Below, one piece after another: positions 1-13,200 of a DNA stretch of 64,000 nucleotides (the stretch's first letter is position 1; every line of letters begins with the position of its first letter). The notes below the pieces were generated by a model, which saw only the letters and a program-made list of their open reading frames with translations, ran no database searches and was not told the origin of the DNA. The DNA lies in assembly GCA_010093815.1 (NCBI GenBank), contig ML996574.1, one strand, 5' to 3'. The position numbers and the translations under genes are program-made. Source of the DNA: Pseudovirgaria hyperparasitica (Eukaryota).

Positions 1-160
1 ACTAATTTAGCTTCTTTAATTATCTTTAAGGCTAAATAAGTATTCTACTCTTAGATCTCTAGCTAACGTATATATATAGATATCTAATACTAGTTCTATT
101 TCTAAGTCTACCTTCTCCTCTTATAAGACTCGCTCTAAAGAGATTACCTCTACCCCGGCT

Positions 161-1450
161 ATACTAGCTAAAAAATCCACTTATTATAGTAGTATAAAGG
201 CGCGCTCTAAGTTAGAGAAGAAGGTAGCTAAGGCTACTACTACTATTACTACTAACGTAGCTACTAGTCACTCTAATCTAGGTAATCCTAGTACTAGTAT
301 TACGGAAGAGGTAGCTATAAAGCCTATCTATATCTACTCGCGCTATCTATCTACTCTACCTCCTTTAGAGAATAAAGAAGATCTTATTATAGATAATAAT
401 TAAGAGTTTACGTCTTCGCCGCCTTACTCTAAATACTATTTCTCTTTTTAGTCTAATATAGACTAACTTAGTTACTCTAGGTCCTTTTAGGACCTTAATA
501 TTTACTCTAAACCTAGCCCTAGTAATAATAAGGTCTAGGTCGCTAAAGATACTAAACGTAGTCGTAGTTTACGCTATAGAAAAACGGCGAACTACGGTTT
601 AATATACTTTAAGTATATTAAGGCTTATACTACTAGCTCTAAATATCTCTTCCGCTCTAACTCTAGTATTAGCTACTACTCTACTAACCGTAATAGATCT
701 ATATACCTAATCTTTAAGCTCTCTACCCGCTACCGCCGCTATACCGTCCTTAGTAAAGTTTATCTTTAGGTAAGTCTATTAGACTATTTTAGTCTAGAAT
801 AATCTAAAGTCGTCTATACTAATACGTTTTTAGGTTTCTATTTATATATAAGATATATATAACGATCTTCGCGTCCGCGAGACTCTTAGCGGTTCTAGTA
901 GTTATCTAGCTTCTATATATAGAGAGTTTAGAGAGTACTATAAGCTCTTTCTAGAGGTTATTAAAGTATAAGTTTAGAAACTATTAATTATTATTAATCT
1001 TAGCTTATTATTTTTAGTTACTACGAGATTTCTAGTACTTAGACTATCTATTCTAGGGAGTTGGTTTTAGCTACTAAGGCTATAGAAGAGATTTATACTA
1101 TTCTTTCCTACCCGCCTTATACTACTAACGGGTCTCGTAAGAGATCTACTAGTTCTCCTTCTAAGTTATCTTATAAGAGGGTATATATTCTATTCTAGAT
1201 TATTCTAGACCGCGTTAGCTAACTTTAGGTCTAGTTACTCCGCTCTAGCGCTTAGTTATTATCTTACTAGACTCTAACTAAGCGCGTAGTTACTCTAGAG
1301 GATAAGGTCTCTAACCTCTATCACTCTATTACTCGGTTAGTTCGTTCGCTATACTCTAAGAGTAATAATAAGATAGAGGAGTAGCTCTATAGCTCTATTT
1401 GCTAGGGTTTCTATATAGTATATATTAGCTCTATCTACCTGGTTTCTATC
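161..1450 (+). pseudogene. Antisense accessory gene of element A1, spliced, with Zn2Cys6-like cysteine cluster (RIP-degraded; 3' end approximate)
   Basis: Homologous to ORF 61455-61766 (MPAKK...). Intron-like segment GTAAGT...ACTAAT...TAG at 770-833 and a second at ~968-1017. The Tyr codons before intron 1 revert to a C-x2-C...C...C-x2-C-x6-C pattern. Confidence 0.6.
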
Positions 1451-3132
1451 CGTTTTAGTCCTTTTTAGACCGTTTAGATATCTATTTACTAGTTTTCTAG
1501 TAATTTAATTCTTAACTTAATGATATTATATACGTTCTTATTTATTCTATAACTATTAAATTTTAGGTTCTAATTTCCTTTAAGTTACTTAAGTATAGGT
1601 ATTATATATAAATTAGTTTATCTCTCTAAATTATATTAGAGTATCTAAACTAGTAGCCTAGTGATTATTAGTTCGGGTACTCTAACCTTTTATATTATAT
1701 ATTACGAGTTTAATTCCGTAGTAGGGTACCTTTTTAGTTTCTTAGTTCTATATTCTTCTTATGTATAATAGTCTATATTAGTCTATTCTAGACTTCTCTA
1801 TGTTATTCTATTATAATATATCGCGTCACGTGCCTATAACGGTTATTTACGTTTTCTTCGCGTTTAATAACCGTATATTACTTGAATTATAGGGCTGCCT
1901 TATAGAGTTTTCCTAGTATGCGTTTAGGATTTATAATTTAATACTTCGTTCTCTATAGTATCCTTCTTCTTTTTATAACGGCCCTAATAGCGCTAGGTTT
2001 ATAGTGGTAACGTATTATTCTATAACCTCTATTTATATATAGCTATCGCGGTACTTAAGATATATACTATAGGTTTCTAGGTGTCCTTATCCTCGGTGTA
2101 GTTCTTCTAACGGATTTAATACTTTTAGATACCGTTCTCGTTAAGCCTATGTTTAATAATATAGTCTACTTTATATACGTCTAGTCTATCTTAGGGTATA
2201 ATAGAGTATAATTACACGTTCGTGTGTTTATATATATTAGGTCGAAATCTTTTAAGTAATAAGACGTGGAATACGTTATAGACTTTTATATTATTTCCTA
2301 GGTCGAGCTCGTAGGCTCTTATACCGATATAATATTTAATTCGGAAGGGACCAGCCATTTTATAATCGAGCTTTTTATTTACTCGCGATATTTATATATT
2401 ATAGACGTTAAGGAGGACTTCGTCTCTCTCCTTATACGCTTAATCTTTAACTAATCTATTATAGTACTTTATATACGACTTATTTACTTACTAGATTATT
2501 ATGTAATAGTTACGTACGGTTTTAAAGATTTTAATTGCTAGTTCCTACGTATGGACGTTAACATCTATCGTTCGGTCGAACTAGACCGTATAAGGTTCGA
2601 AACCTATTCTTAGACTATGTCCTAGGTTTACCTAGAAGGGCGTAATATCTATTATACTATAATAACTATTATTATATACGAATTCTACTATACTTAGTAG
2701 AGAGGCCTAGTCGTCTTATTCGAAATTATAGAATACACGAAGGTAGGCCTCGAGCGTTTAGTTCTATCGCTCTATCTAACTATCTATTTATAGATAGAAT
2801 GCTATTAATATATTTCTATTTATACCGGCCATTTTATAGAATAACGTCTAGAATTTTAACGTGAATATACTCCCTTAGTCTATAATAATCCTTTTTAGTA
2901 TACTATAGACCTTAATAATCTTATTCTAGAATACTTATACTAGTTCTTTTAATATAATCGTCTTCTATATAGAGACGTACCTAGATATCTTTATAAGTCT
3001 ATCTACGATAATAAGAATTAAATTATAACTTATTCTAAGTATCTTACTTAGAGATAAGTTAACTATAAAATCTATAGTAATATCTTTCTATATAAAGAGG
3101 GGGACTAGTAGAGGCTATAAGTTTCTATATAG

Positions 3133-3505
3133 TATAGTAAGCTATCGCTACGTGTGTCCCTTTTTATAAATGGCTATGTTCTTAGTATAGTAGTCGCGAC
3201 GAACTCATAAGTATCTCTCCTAGGTATTATAAGTTCTCTTTAAACGTACGACTTCTTATTAGTTCTCTTTTATAATAGGACGGGTCTATATAATACTCTT
3301 AATCAATTCTTTAATAGCTAAGCCTAATAATTAATACCTATAGAGGCCCATGAACGTAAGGAAAGGTCGAATCGTCGAATATTAGTAATGGGGGAAGCGT
3401 GCCGAGTAGAATGACCGAGGAAAACGCCCTCCTTAAATATATAACAAAGCCATGTGATCGAGCTAGGGATATATATATATAGGGCTATAGGAGCGGCCTT
3501 CCATA
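3133..3505 (-). repeat. 3' LTR of B1
   Basis: Near-identical to 14175-14547, 34141-34513 and 45183-45555. RIP-altered TG...CA ends. Purine-rich PPT-like GGGGAGG adjacent on the minus strand (~3510-3516). Confidence 0.95.
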
Positions 3506-3655
3506 TATACCTCCCCGGCCTATAGAACTACTACCCTTAGTAGTATAGTAACTATATAAGAAACCGTGTAAAGAACGCCTAAAAGAAAGACCTTAATACG
3601 AATAAAATGCGCCCCTAGTAAACCTCTCGGCGCGGGTAAACCTTAGCCTAGATTA

Positions 3656-6637
3656 TTAGTTAAGGGTAGCCCTTAACTAATAATTAGGTAGGCTTTTAGG
3701 CGCCTAATCTTAGTACTCGAGATCGCGAGCCAGCTCCTAAAGAATCGTGTCGCTTATCTTAGAGAGGTTAGATTCCTCCTTATCGGATAGTTCGTTAGGC
3801 CTCTCCTATCTATAGAAGTTCTCTTTAATATTATCTAGGCCCGCGTCGGGCTCGAATTTCTTAAAATTAATTAGCTACTTAGCGGCGCGCGCCTCATTAA
3901 ATTCCTTCTAGAACGACCTATCCCTATAGACTAGCTTTTTCTACCTTACTATTTTCTTAAAGGTCTCTATAAATACCCTCGAGCCCTCCTTAAACTAGGT
4001 ATCTACCTTAGCTTTAAGTTATTAAGGACTTGCGTTAAGCTACGTAGCTACCTCTTCTTTTATCTCCTAGCTATCCTATCTTTTACGGCCGACTAATACG
4101 TTACTAACGGCGTTAAAACTCGGGAGTTAAACTACGGCTAGGAAGGCAAAAGAAATCGCGCTATATTTATTAGAAAATCCCGACGGAGACGTAGGTCCTA
4201 GAGTTAAATTCCTATAAGCTACTACGAGTTATTTCTATATACCTATTTTAGGTACTTCTATTATTATATAATTAGGGCTAATCGCGATATACTATAGAAG
4301 CATCGTACGTCTTCTACCCTTTATAGGACCCTAGGCGCCGTGTATTATTAGTAGGCTAGAGATACGCACTTTAAGGGACTAGTAGGGGACCGGAACGAAG
4401 GGACTAAATCGTTTCCTATCGTCCGTATTATAGATCTTATCATTAATAGCCGTGATTATACCGTTTCGATTAACCCCCTCGCGGAGCTTAGCCTTTAACT
4501 ACTATTCGTTTAAGAACTTATAGAAGCGAGGAACGATTATAGTATAGTCGTTACTTCGTTCGTCGTCGAGACTAATACTTCTCTAGATTATATTAAACCC
4601 GTGTCTATCGCTAGGATCGAGGATTTGATTGATAGCGTTATCGAGATACTTAAAACCCGTCTTATCGCCCCTATCCTAGGACTTCGTATAGTACGGGTAC
4701 GAGATTAGATAGTAGTTAAGATCGGGCTAAAGAGCGATATAGGTGAGCTAGTAAAGTAGGCATTACCTAATAAACTATTAGATATAGGAGTAGTATATAG
4801 TTCGTAGCCAGCCGTAGTTCGATTTCTTATTAAACATACGCTAGTAGTACTTATATATATTAAATTCATCCCTCGCGAGTTCTAGAATACTCTTATAAAG
4901 TATAGAGGTCGTCTTTTTAAGTGGCTCGAAGAGCCCTTTAATATTAATACTTCCGGTACGTTCCCACTCGTCGAAGAGTTATCTACCTATTCTACCGTCC
5001 TCCTTCTAAATCATAAATGCGATACTAGTAAGAATAGTTTTAATATTAATAACTTACTTCGGGGTCTCTAGGGCCTAGTAATAATAGACATCTAATACCT
5101 CTATTAGATAAGGTAGCTACGTGTACTTCGCGAACTAGGTATAGCGGTCCTTATAAACTTTAAGGGCCCCCACGTTATCTCTAAACTCATATACTATTTT
5201 AAGTCTCGCCACTAGATTTAAGTAGGACACGCTAATGAGCATATTATTCTTTCTAGCCATATCTTGGTAATGCTTATAGTAGACTTTATACGGAATAGCT
5301 ATATTACCTATCTACGCTTTCTAGCGTACTAGTAGGGCCATTCCCTTAATACTCGTGAAATTCTTCTTTAATAATATAGCTACCTTAAAAGTCTTCGTTA
5401 CTAAAGGCGCGCATTAATACTTCTTAGACTCGTCCTCTTCCTTAACTAATACTATTATCTTAGAGTACGAACTAAGAATAACCGGGGATTATTATATAGG
5501 CGCCCCTAGTAATTACTAAGGGCTAGTAGATAAGGCACGTCCGCGAGTGGGTTTTATCGGCGTAGCCGTAACAGGTACTAAAGAGGTTCTCGCATGGTCT
5601 AGTAAGGGACGTTTACTAGTAGTAGTAGGAGGAATACTTACTTTAAACGGATAACTAGCTTTAAAGAGATAACGTGCTACTAAACTAGGAGGCGTGCTTC
5701 GTAGAGGGGACTTTACCGCGGGCGTTACCTATACTAGTTTTAGCGACGGTAAGGTCTAAGGCGGAGGCGATATACTTATCTCTTTAATTTATAGGTAGTA
5801 TTCGACGGGCCTATGAACCATTCTACTTATCTATAACTATTAACTAGCGGGGATAATAAGTCCCGTCTTATTATAGAACGTTAGTTTATTTTATCGGCTA
5901 GGGTAGTTTAAGAGTTACTAGAGAGATAGACCGTCCTTATTACTATTACTAGCTAGGGCGGTATTAATATTAGAGCTCTAAAGATATGCCTTAATTCCCC
6001 TTCCCTTCTATCCCTAGCCGATTTAGGACCATAGGGATGCGTTTAACTAGTTCCTCGCTCTCGCCCATGTCCGCACTCGTAAGAGCGCTACTAGCTTTTC
6101 TATAAAGTTCTATGTTTACTAGAGCTGTCCGAGGGCGGATTAGAGTAACTAGCCGTCGTTATTAGAGAGGTCTTTTCGCTAGTTTTATAGAATTATATTT
6201 TTAGCTTTTAGGATGCGGGAGTTAGTATCTCTTCCACGACGAATTATCTCGTAGACTTCTTTTAGAATAGAGGAGTTAATCTTTACCTTACTATACCCTA
6301 TTACGGCTTCTACTTTCTAGAAGAGGTTAACTATACTACTTAAGAGCTATTCTATAAGGCTAGTAATATAAAGGAGATTATTAAACGTGTCTAGAATATA
6401 GTCCTATCGCTCTTGCGGGTCCTAGATAGCGATAATTCGGTTAATAGTGGACTTATTTACTTCCGTAGCTTCTATAGCCTATCTATATAGAGTAGTAGAT
6501 GGCCTCGATACCACGATAGCCGTCGATGGCCCTACTTTAGTACTTATAACTCTTAACTAGAACCGCGTCTATCTTATTAGTGCTTAATAATCTTATAACT
6601 CTTCACGGGTAGGCGTTTTCTTTTTCGGCGGGGCTAT
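3656..6637 (-). pseudogene. Extra ORF of element B1 (~990 codons): unknown N-terminal region, P/S/T-rich linker and C-terminal PhyH-like Fe(II)/2OG dioxygenase domain (RIP-inactivated)
   Basis: One continuous frame, with only TAA/TAG stops in the parts read. Reconstructed motifs: GWLRTMYHS, ALRPD..LISYPYY, F-K-[Y<-H]-L-D (4640-4648), IQGSISLDD, IHGA.GP (His codon intact at 4340-4342), RRTML. Confidence 0.72.
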
Positions 6638-7289
6638 TATTATTATTGGTTCTATCGGCGAGTTATATTCTAAGGAGAGATAGTTAAGCGAGGCGGAAGT
6701 AGAGGAGGAGGTTTTATTAATTAAGAAGGTATAGAGAGGTGTAAGAGGGAAGAGTTATATACTATCTTAAGTTCTCTTTTTATGCCTCCTCGAATGCCGG
6801 GTATATAGTAATTTTTATAAATGATTCTTACTAACGGCCGTAGGCCCGTATACGTGTCGAATCTATAAATAAATATATACTAGGTATATAGGAAATCTAT
6901 GAATGAATGTATCTACCGGGTATATAGCGGAATCTATAAATGAATAGATACCGGGTATATTCTTATCCTTATAAGACTTTCTATAAGTATCTTTTTCTTC
7001 TATACCTTCTCCTTCTTTTCTTTCTTATTAGTTTCTAACGGGGCCCGTTCTATAGTAACGAAATAGACCTTTAATAGGTAGGCTTCGATTACACGACCGG
7101 CTTTAATGTATAGTAGGTGGAATTCGCGTAAACGCCATTATGTCTTCTTTCGAGCATTACTTACTTTAATAATAAGTTTTATTATTTTATAGTAATAATA
7201 GGGTTCATTATCCTCTTTCGATGATAGAGTTCATCGTTATAAGACTACTTTTATAAGTATCCCTTCCCTTCTTAAAAAAACTTCTATCC

Positions 7290-10200
7290 CCTAGAAGGAG
7301 ATGTTAATTCTAGAGAAACATAAATATTCCTCTCTATTAAAGTCTTACGGAGTAGGAATTACTACTTCTACCCGGGTTCGTGTAGCGTCGTCGAGGTATT
7401 CTATAAGTTATTTATAATAGTTTTCCTTATCGCCACTCTCCTTATTTTCCTTAGTAATTCTTCTAATTAGTAGTCGTGAGGGCTTATCGTAACTCTCGTT
7501 ACTCGTATTTCTTATGAAATATTTCTTTAACCTATAGCTAGGAAACGTCCCTCTAAGCATGGCTCTATTAAGCTCCGTAAGCTTATAAGTATAATTAAAC
7601 ATAGACTAGATTCTATATGGCCCCCTCTAATGCTACCTTAGCTTCCGCCCTATATTCTTCTATCGCTATAAGTCGTATAGGAGGATAATTATATTAACTA
7701 GTAACGACTCTTAATGAAGGTAATAGTCGTTATTCTATACCTCTCTTAATTCCTTACGCGTTCGTATCGCGTAGGTATAGGCCTCCTTAAGATTCTCGGA
7801 TCTTCTCTTAAGTTATCTAGCTTAAAGAGCGAGTAAGTCGGACGTTAATTATACCTTATCCTAAGGGAGCATTCGGAGCGACTTAAATTCGACTTTAATA
7901 GGCATGATTGGTTTATGGCCGAGCATGAGGTATATAGTACTATACCCTATACTAGTACGTGTCGTTATTCTATCTATCTAGACGACCGTATAGAGGTAGT
8001 TAGGCTAGTTCTTAAATCCGCCATTAGTTATCTTCGCGAGAGTATTAGCGAGTAGTATAAAACTTCTCTTAATAATCCTATTTACTTAGGGATTATACGT
8101 AGACGTAACCTTCTAATAAATTCTATAGAGTTAGAGGAGCTCCTCTATAGCACCTATATTTTCTCTACTACTATTATAGGTGATTTTAGGAATAATTCCG
8201 TATCTATAGATTACGTTCTTAAAGAGGAACTTTACGACGACTATAGACGTGGCCGCCGTACATGCCTCCGCCTTAGTCTATCCGCTTAGCTATTCTTATA
8301 TAGATACTACTTTACTATACCCTATAGAAGGTGGTAGTATCGTTACGTCTAAGTATATTCTTTACTAAAGAATAGGCGTTATAACGTGGTGGAGCCCTCT
8401 ATTAAGACCTCCGAGGAGCTTACTTCGTCGTTAATATTTATTATAGGTTTTCACGTGCTATCGTACGTCTCTACGTATACCTACCTACTAATACTTATTC
8501 TTAATCCTTCCGAGAGTCCCTTTACTACCTCTATAATCTATCTCGTTGTGAGTAGTAGTAATTATACGCGCCCTAGTATTCGGATCCTTAATTACTCGTG
8601 TATATTAGCGATGCCTATCTTCTCTCCGCTAGAGTATTCGGTTATACACGAGGAACTTTAGGTAGTCGGTTATAAAGGCCTTATACGCTCGGTTAGTTAG
8701 GTCGGTTAGCCTCTTAAGTATAGTAAAATACTTCGTAATCCTCTACTATTTATCGCTATATTTATCTATTAAGGGAGACTTAATAGCGGTATAGTCGAGT
8801 ATCCCTATCGTGTAATCTCTCCCGCTAATAGGCTTAATTAACGACGTCTCTAGCACGTCTATATATAGAGCCATGTCCACGAACTCGTCTAGGTTAAAGG
8901 TAGGGACGTCTAGTAGTTCTTCTTCTTCGTATATCTGTAAGATACCGTTAGCGACTACGTTATACTTCCTAGGTACATGCCTAACTATAAAGTTCTATAG
9001 CTAAATCTACGCGAGCCACCTAGTAACGAGCGCCCCTAGTAAGTTAGTTATGGTATAGTTAATTTAAGCGACTAGAGTATTTATATCTATTTCTATAATA
9101 AAGTACGTGCCATAGAGATATTACTAGAACTTCTATAACGCGTGGAGAAGGGCTCGGTACTCTAGTTTCACGGTATCATAGTTTCTCTTAGCTTTTAACT
9201 ATATTCCTCTATTATACCGCGATAGCTAACGTTTACGATTCTCGTTCTCCTATATTAATATAGCCCCCTATCTAACGTTACTAGAGTCTACTACTAGAAT
9301 TATATCTTCTCTATCTATCCCGTACCGTAACGTTATTAGTACGGGAGTAGTAGTTAGAGCTATCTTTAGCGCGTCCATCGAGGTCTACTCCTTAGCTATC
9401 TACTACTAGGCCGATTCATTCTTTAATAGTATAAATAGCGGCGATGCGATAATAGTATACCTGGGGATCTATATCCGGAAATATATATAAACGCTAAGGA
9501 AGGCTCGCATATTCGTCGTGTTTTTATAGGGTTTCCAGTCCCTAATAGTAGTAACCTTTTTATTACTTGGTCGCCTCCCTTTAATACCGTAGACGTATCC
9601 TATAACGTTAGCGGCTTTAATATACCACTAAGTCTTCTTACTACTTAGGGCGTATCTAGCGCGCTCTATATCCGCGAGAACCTTATCCACGTTAATTAAA
9701 TATTCTAGAATATATCTACGAATTCTAGGTAGGGCTTCCTTAGAGTTATATTTCGTTATAGGTTCTTTAATATCTAAGTTATCTAGGAATAGTAGAGCCC
9801 TCTCCGGGATATATTCTTATATAATAGTTAATATAATCCTAACGAACTAAGCTACTAAATTAGTAGCCCCTTAAGATAATGTTATCCCGCGTAGTAACCC
9901 TAGGGGCGTTATAAACCCCGTTAAGTCTCGGTAATACTCTACTAATAGAATCTAATTATATCCTAAGAAGAAGTCGGTAAACGTTAAGACGGCTATCCCC
10001 ATAAAGTACTCTAAGAATTCTTTATATAAGGGCGGCGTGGCCGCATTACGAATAGTAACTTAGTTGATTTCTATCGCCGAATTAATTAACCTATAATCTC
10101 GTTCCTTATTAGCTTCCTTCTTCTTTTCCACGAGAAAATAGTCGTTTTAATAAGGACTACTATAGGGCTCGAGCCTTCCGCTATTAAGACGCTCTTTTAG

Positions 10201-13200
10201 GATCGTGAGTACCTTCCTATAAAGGGCTCTAGAAATATTAAAGTTCTTAGTCTACTATACCTTATATTCTACCGTTCGGATCTTCTACGGAGGTGCCACC
10301 TCTTTATTAAATTTACTAAGGTATAAGAATTCCCATGCTAGTACTTCCTCGCGATATAATAAGATTATATATAGTAACTTAAGTTCCGCGGGACGTAGCT
10401 CTATTCTAATCTTTAGCTAACTTATATATAGAGACGTTAGACGTGTTCCTAGCGGGATAGTTACCCTTCGAGGCTCTATTAGTCTATTAAGCGCGTTAAG
10501 GCCTAGGTGGACGGCCGGAAGAAGTATCTACTATGCAATTACTTATTCACGCTAGTCTAGATACCCTAATAGATTCCTAGGGACCTTTCGGTAGGCTTCG
10601 GAGTCATCCATAGGGTATACTTTAACTCCCTTTCTTTTATATATAGTGGCTATACTAAATCCCTTTAATACCCCGGAAGAATACCGTCTTTAGAGGCCGG
10701 TGGAGCCTACTATAAGCTATTCTATTATTATACCTTATTTATATACGAAGGCAGCGTACCTCGCCGCCGTAACTAGGGCGGCTAAGTTATCTTTTCTCGA
10801 TAACCGAGTAACATTTTTAGGCCGGATTTTCTTAGAAAGTAACTCTATATAACTTATTTCTATATCCGTATAAAAATATATCCTATCCCCTTCATTAGTA
10901 GGTTTACCGGACCCCATTTAGTACGGATTATTAGTTAAGGGTAGCCCTTAACTAATAATCCGGCTTAACTCCGGCTTCTAGCGATATACTCCGCTATATA
11001 GTTAGTCTCTAGCTATGGAGTTACCCTCCTTCTCTAAGACTAGAATATACTTATCCGGACTAGTTTCGAAGATTATATATTCTTATCTATATATAGAGTA
11101 GACTATTAAGAGTACTTACCCGGAGGCTAACCTCTATACCGTAAGTAAGGCCTGCCTAGTATATAGCTCCCCTAGAATAAGGTTATAATTAAGTTTACTA
11201 TATATAAATATCGAAGTGGCCGTAACGATCCAACCTATATAGATAGGGTATTACTATACTATTTCTATGAATAGAGTGCTATACTAAGTAGTACTAACTA
11301 AACTTAAGTTCTTTATATATAGTAGAAGCGAAGATATTACTAGCCCGAGACGCCTCATAGCATCTAGTCGAATACTATTTACCTACGCGCTACTATTAAA
11401 TAGTACTATACTAGTCGCTCTTTTAGGACTAACTTCCACGGGGTACCTTAGACACTCGGCTACTAGCCTTACTATCTCTTCCTTAAGCTAATTAATATCT
11501 CGTTACGTGATAGCCGTCCCTATAGTATAGAGGGGTACTAATATATTAAGTTTATTTATCTCGGGAGCCATAGTATGGTTATTTCTTCCTTTCTTCTCGG
11601 CTCTCTCCTCTTAAGTCTTATAGACCTCTCTAGCTATAAAGTCGGGGGCGCCCTTCTTAAATACCGTACGATATAAGTCGCTATTAAGACTTAATAGTTC
11701 GCTAATAGTAATATTTATGGTTATCCCTAGAACGCGCACTAGCTATACTTCGCTAGCTTCTATGCTTAGCCGCTATCCCTCGCGTAGATAGTTATTAAGC
11801 TTAACGCCTCGGATACGTGCCTTTTAACTAGGATTTAGACTATCCCCTTTATCTATCTTATCCTTAGACGCCGTTAGCTCTTATTTAGACGTTCTCTAGT
11901 TACTACTCTTCTCGCCGTCCTTCTATTTCTTAATAATCCTTATATACTACCCTTCACGCATTCCGCGGAGATAGATAATCTTTCTTTCCTTAGTATAATT
12001 AGATAAACTCTTTATAATCCCCCTTCTAGATATTACGAGTATAGTAGGCTCTTCTAGGGCCATCTCCTCGCGGATATATCTATTACTAGCTACGTCGAAG
12101 CGTTCGTAGAATTCTATATATCTATCTTTCTTACTCTCGGGCGACGTGACTTCTTCTTCCGAATCGCTATCCGCCGAGGCCTAGTAGGGACCCTTTATAG
12201 GTTTTATACTAATACTATATACTAGCACTCCCTATAAAGCGTTAATATTTACTATAGACGTAGAAACCTTCACTCCCCCTCCGTACTAGCTTAGACTATT
12301 TTAAACCGTTACTATATAGTTCCGGATAGCTTATAGAGTAGCTTATAGCCCTACTAAGGAGGGTAGTAATAGGATTTCTTCTCCGTTTACCCCGAAACGC
12401 CCTTAGAACACTCGCACCCCGTTAATATTTAGTAATCCGTCTCTAATATATCCTACTATCTCCGGATATCTATATATTAGGTAATCTCCTCCGTATATAA
12501 TACATATAATCGGTCTTCGAGGCCTATCCTAGACTATAACGCCTTCTTAGAAGTCTCGGGTAGAGACGTATTCTCTATTCTATATATAATTCTATAGATA
12601 AACTTACGTTAGTTCTATAGGTATGCCTCATGCTTAGGGGTGTGTTAAAAGATTTAGCCTTCGCGCCTACTAGTTAATAATAGCCGAAAGTAGCTTAGGT
12701 TTATACTTCTTAAGGGATGGAAATAAGAGATTAGAGGTAAAGTAGGACTTTATCTTAATTAACGTGAGGTCTAGTTTACTAAATCTCTCTACCATCTCGT
12801 TAAACTTATCTAATTCTAGCGCGATATATACTTCGACTAGAGAGGGGTGGCTAAATTTATTAGTTCTTCTTTCTTTATATAACTACTCTTCTAAGCTAGT
12901 CTTCTTACTCCCTATCTTTAATTTATAGTATATAGCTATGGCTAGCTCTTATGCGGCTAAGTACTTATTAATACGAGCTAGTTCCTTAAGTGCTCTAGCC
13001 TTTCGTAATACGAAGCCATAGATAATTACCTAGTTATAACTATATGCTTCCATCGTAAGTTAACATTTCTCTATAGCCCGAGCCTTAAGACTATTAGGTA
13101 GCCCTTCTAGGAAGAGCTCTATTTGCGAATACGAGCTTAGGCTTCCTTTAGCCGTAAGTTTCTCTATAATAATATAATACCGGGAGTAGTATATAGGGAG

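Noticed and set aside
3656..6637. Extra ORF of family B as an env-like gene
   Set aside because: It has an env-like position, but no signal peptide or transmembrane segment is evident and dioxygenase-type motifs fit better.
8386..8661. Plus-strand track ORFs (8386-8661, 25101-25301, 36570-36767, 39463-39669, 44844-45026) and 55615-55812 (-) as genes
   Set aside because: They are chance frames antisense to recognisable gag/pol or extra-ORF sequence.
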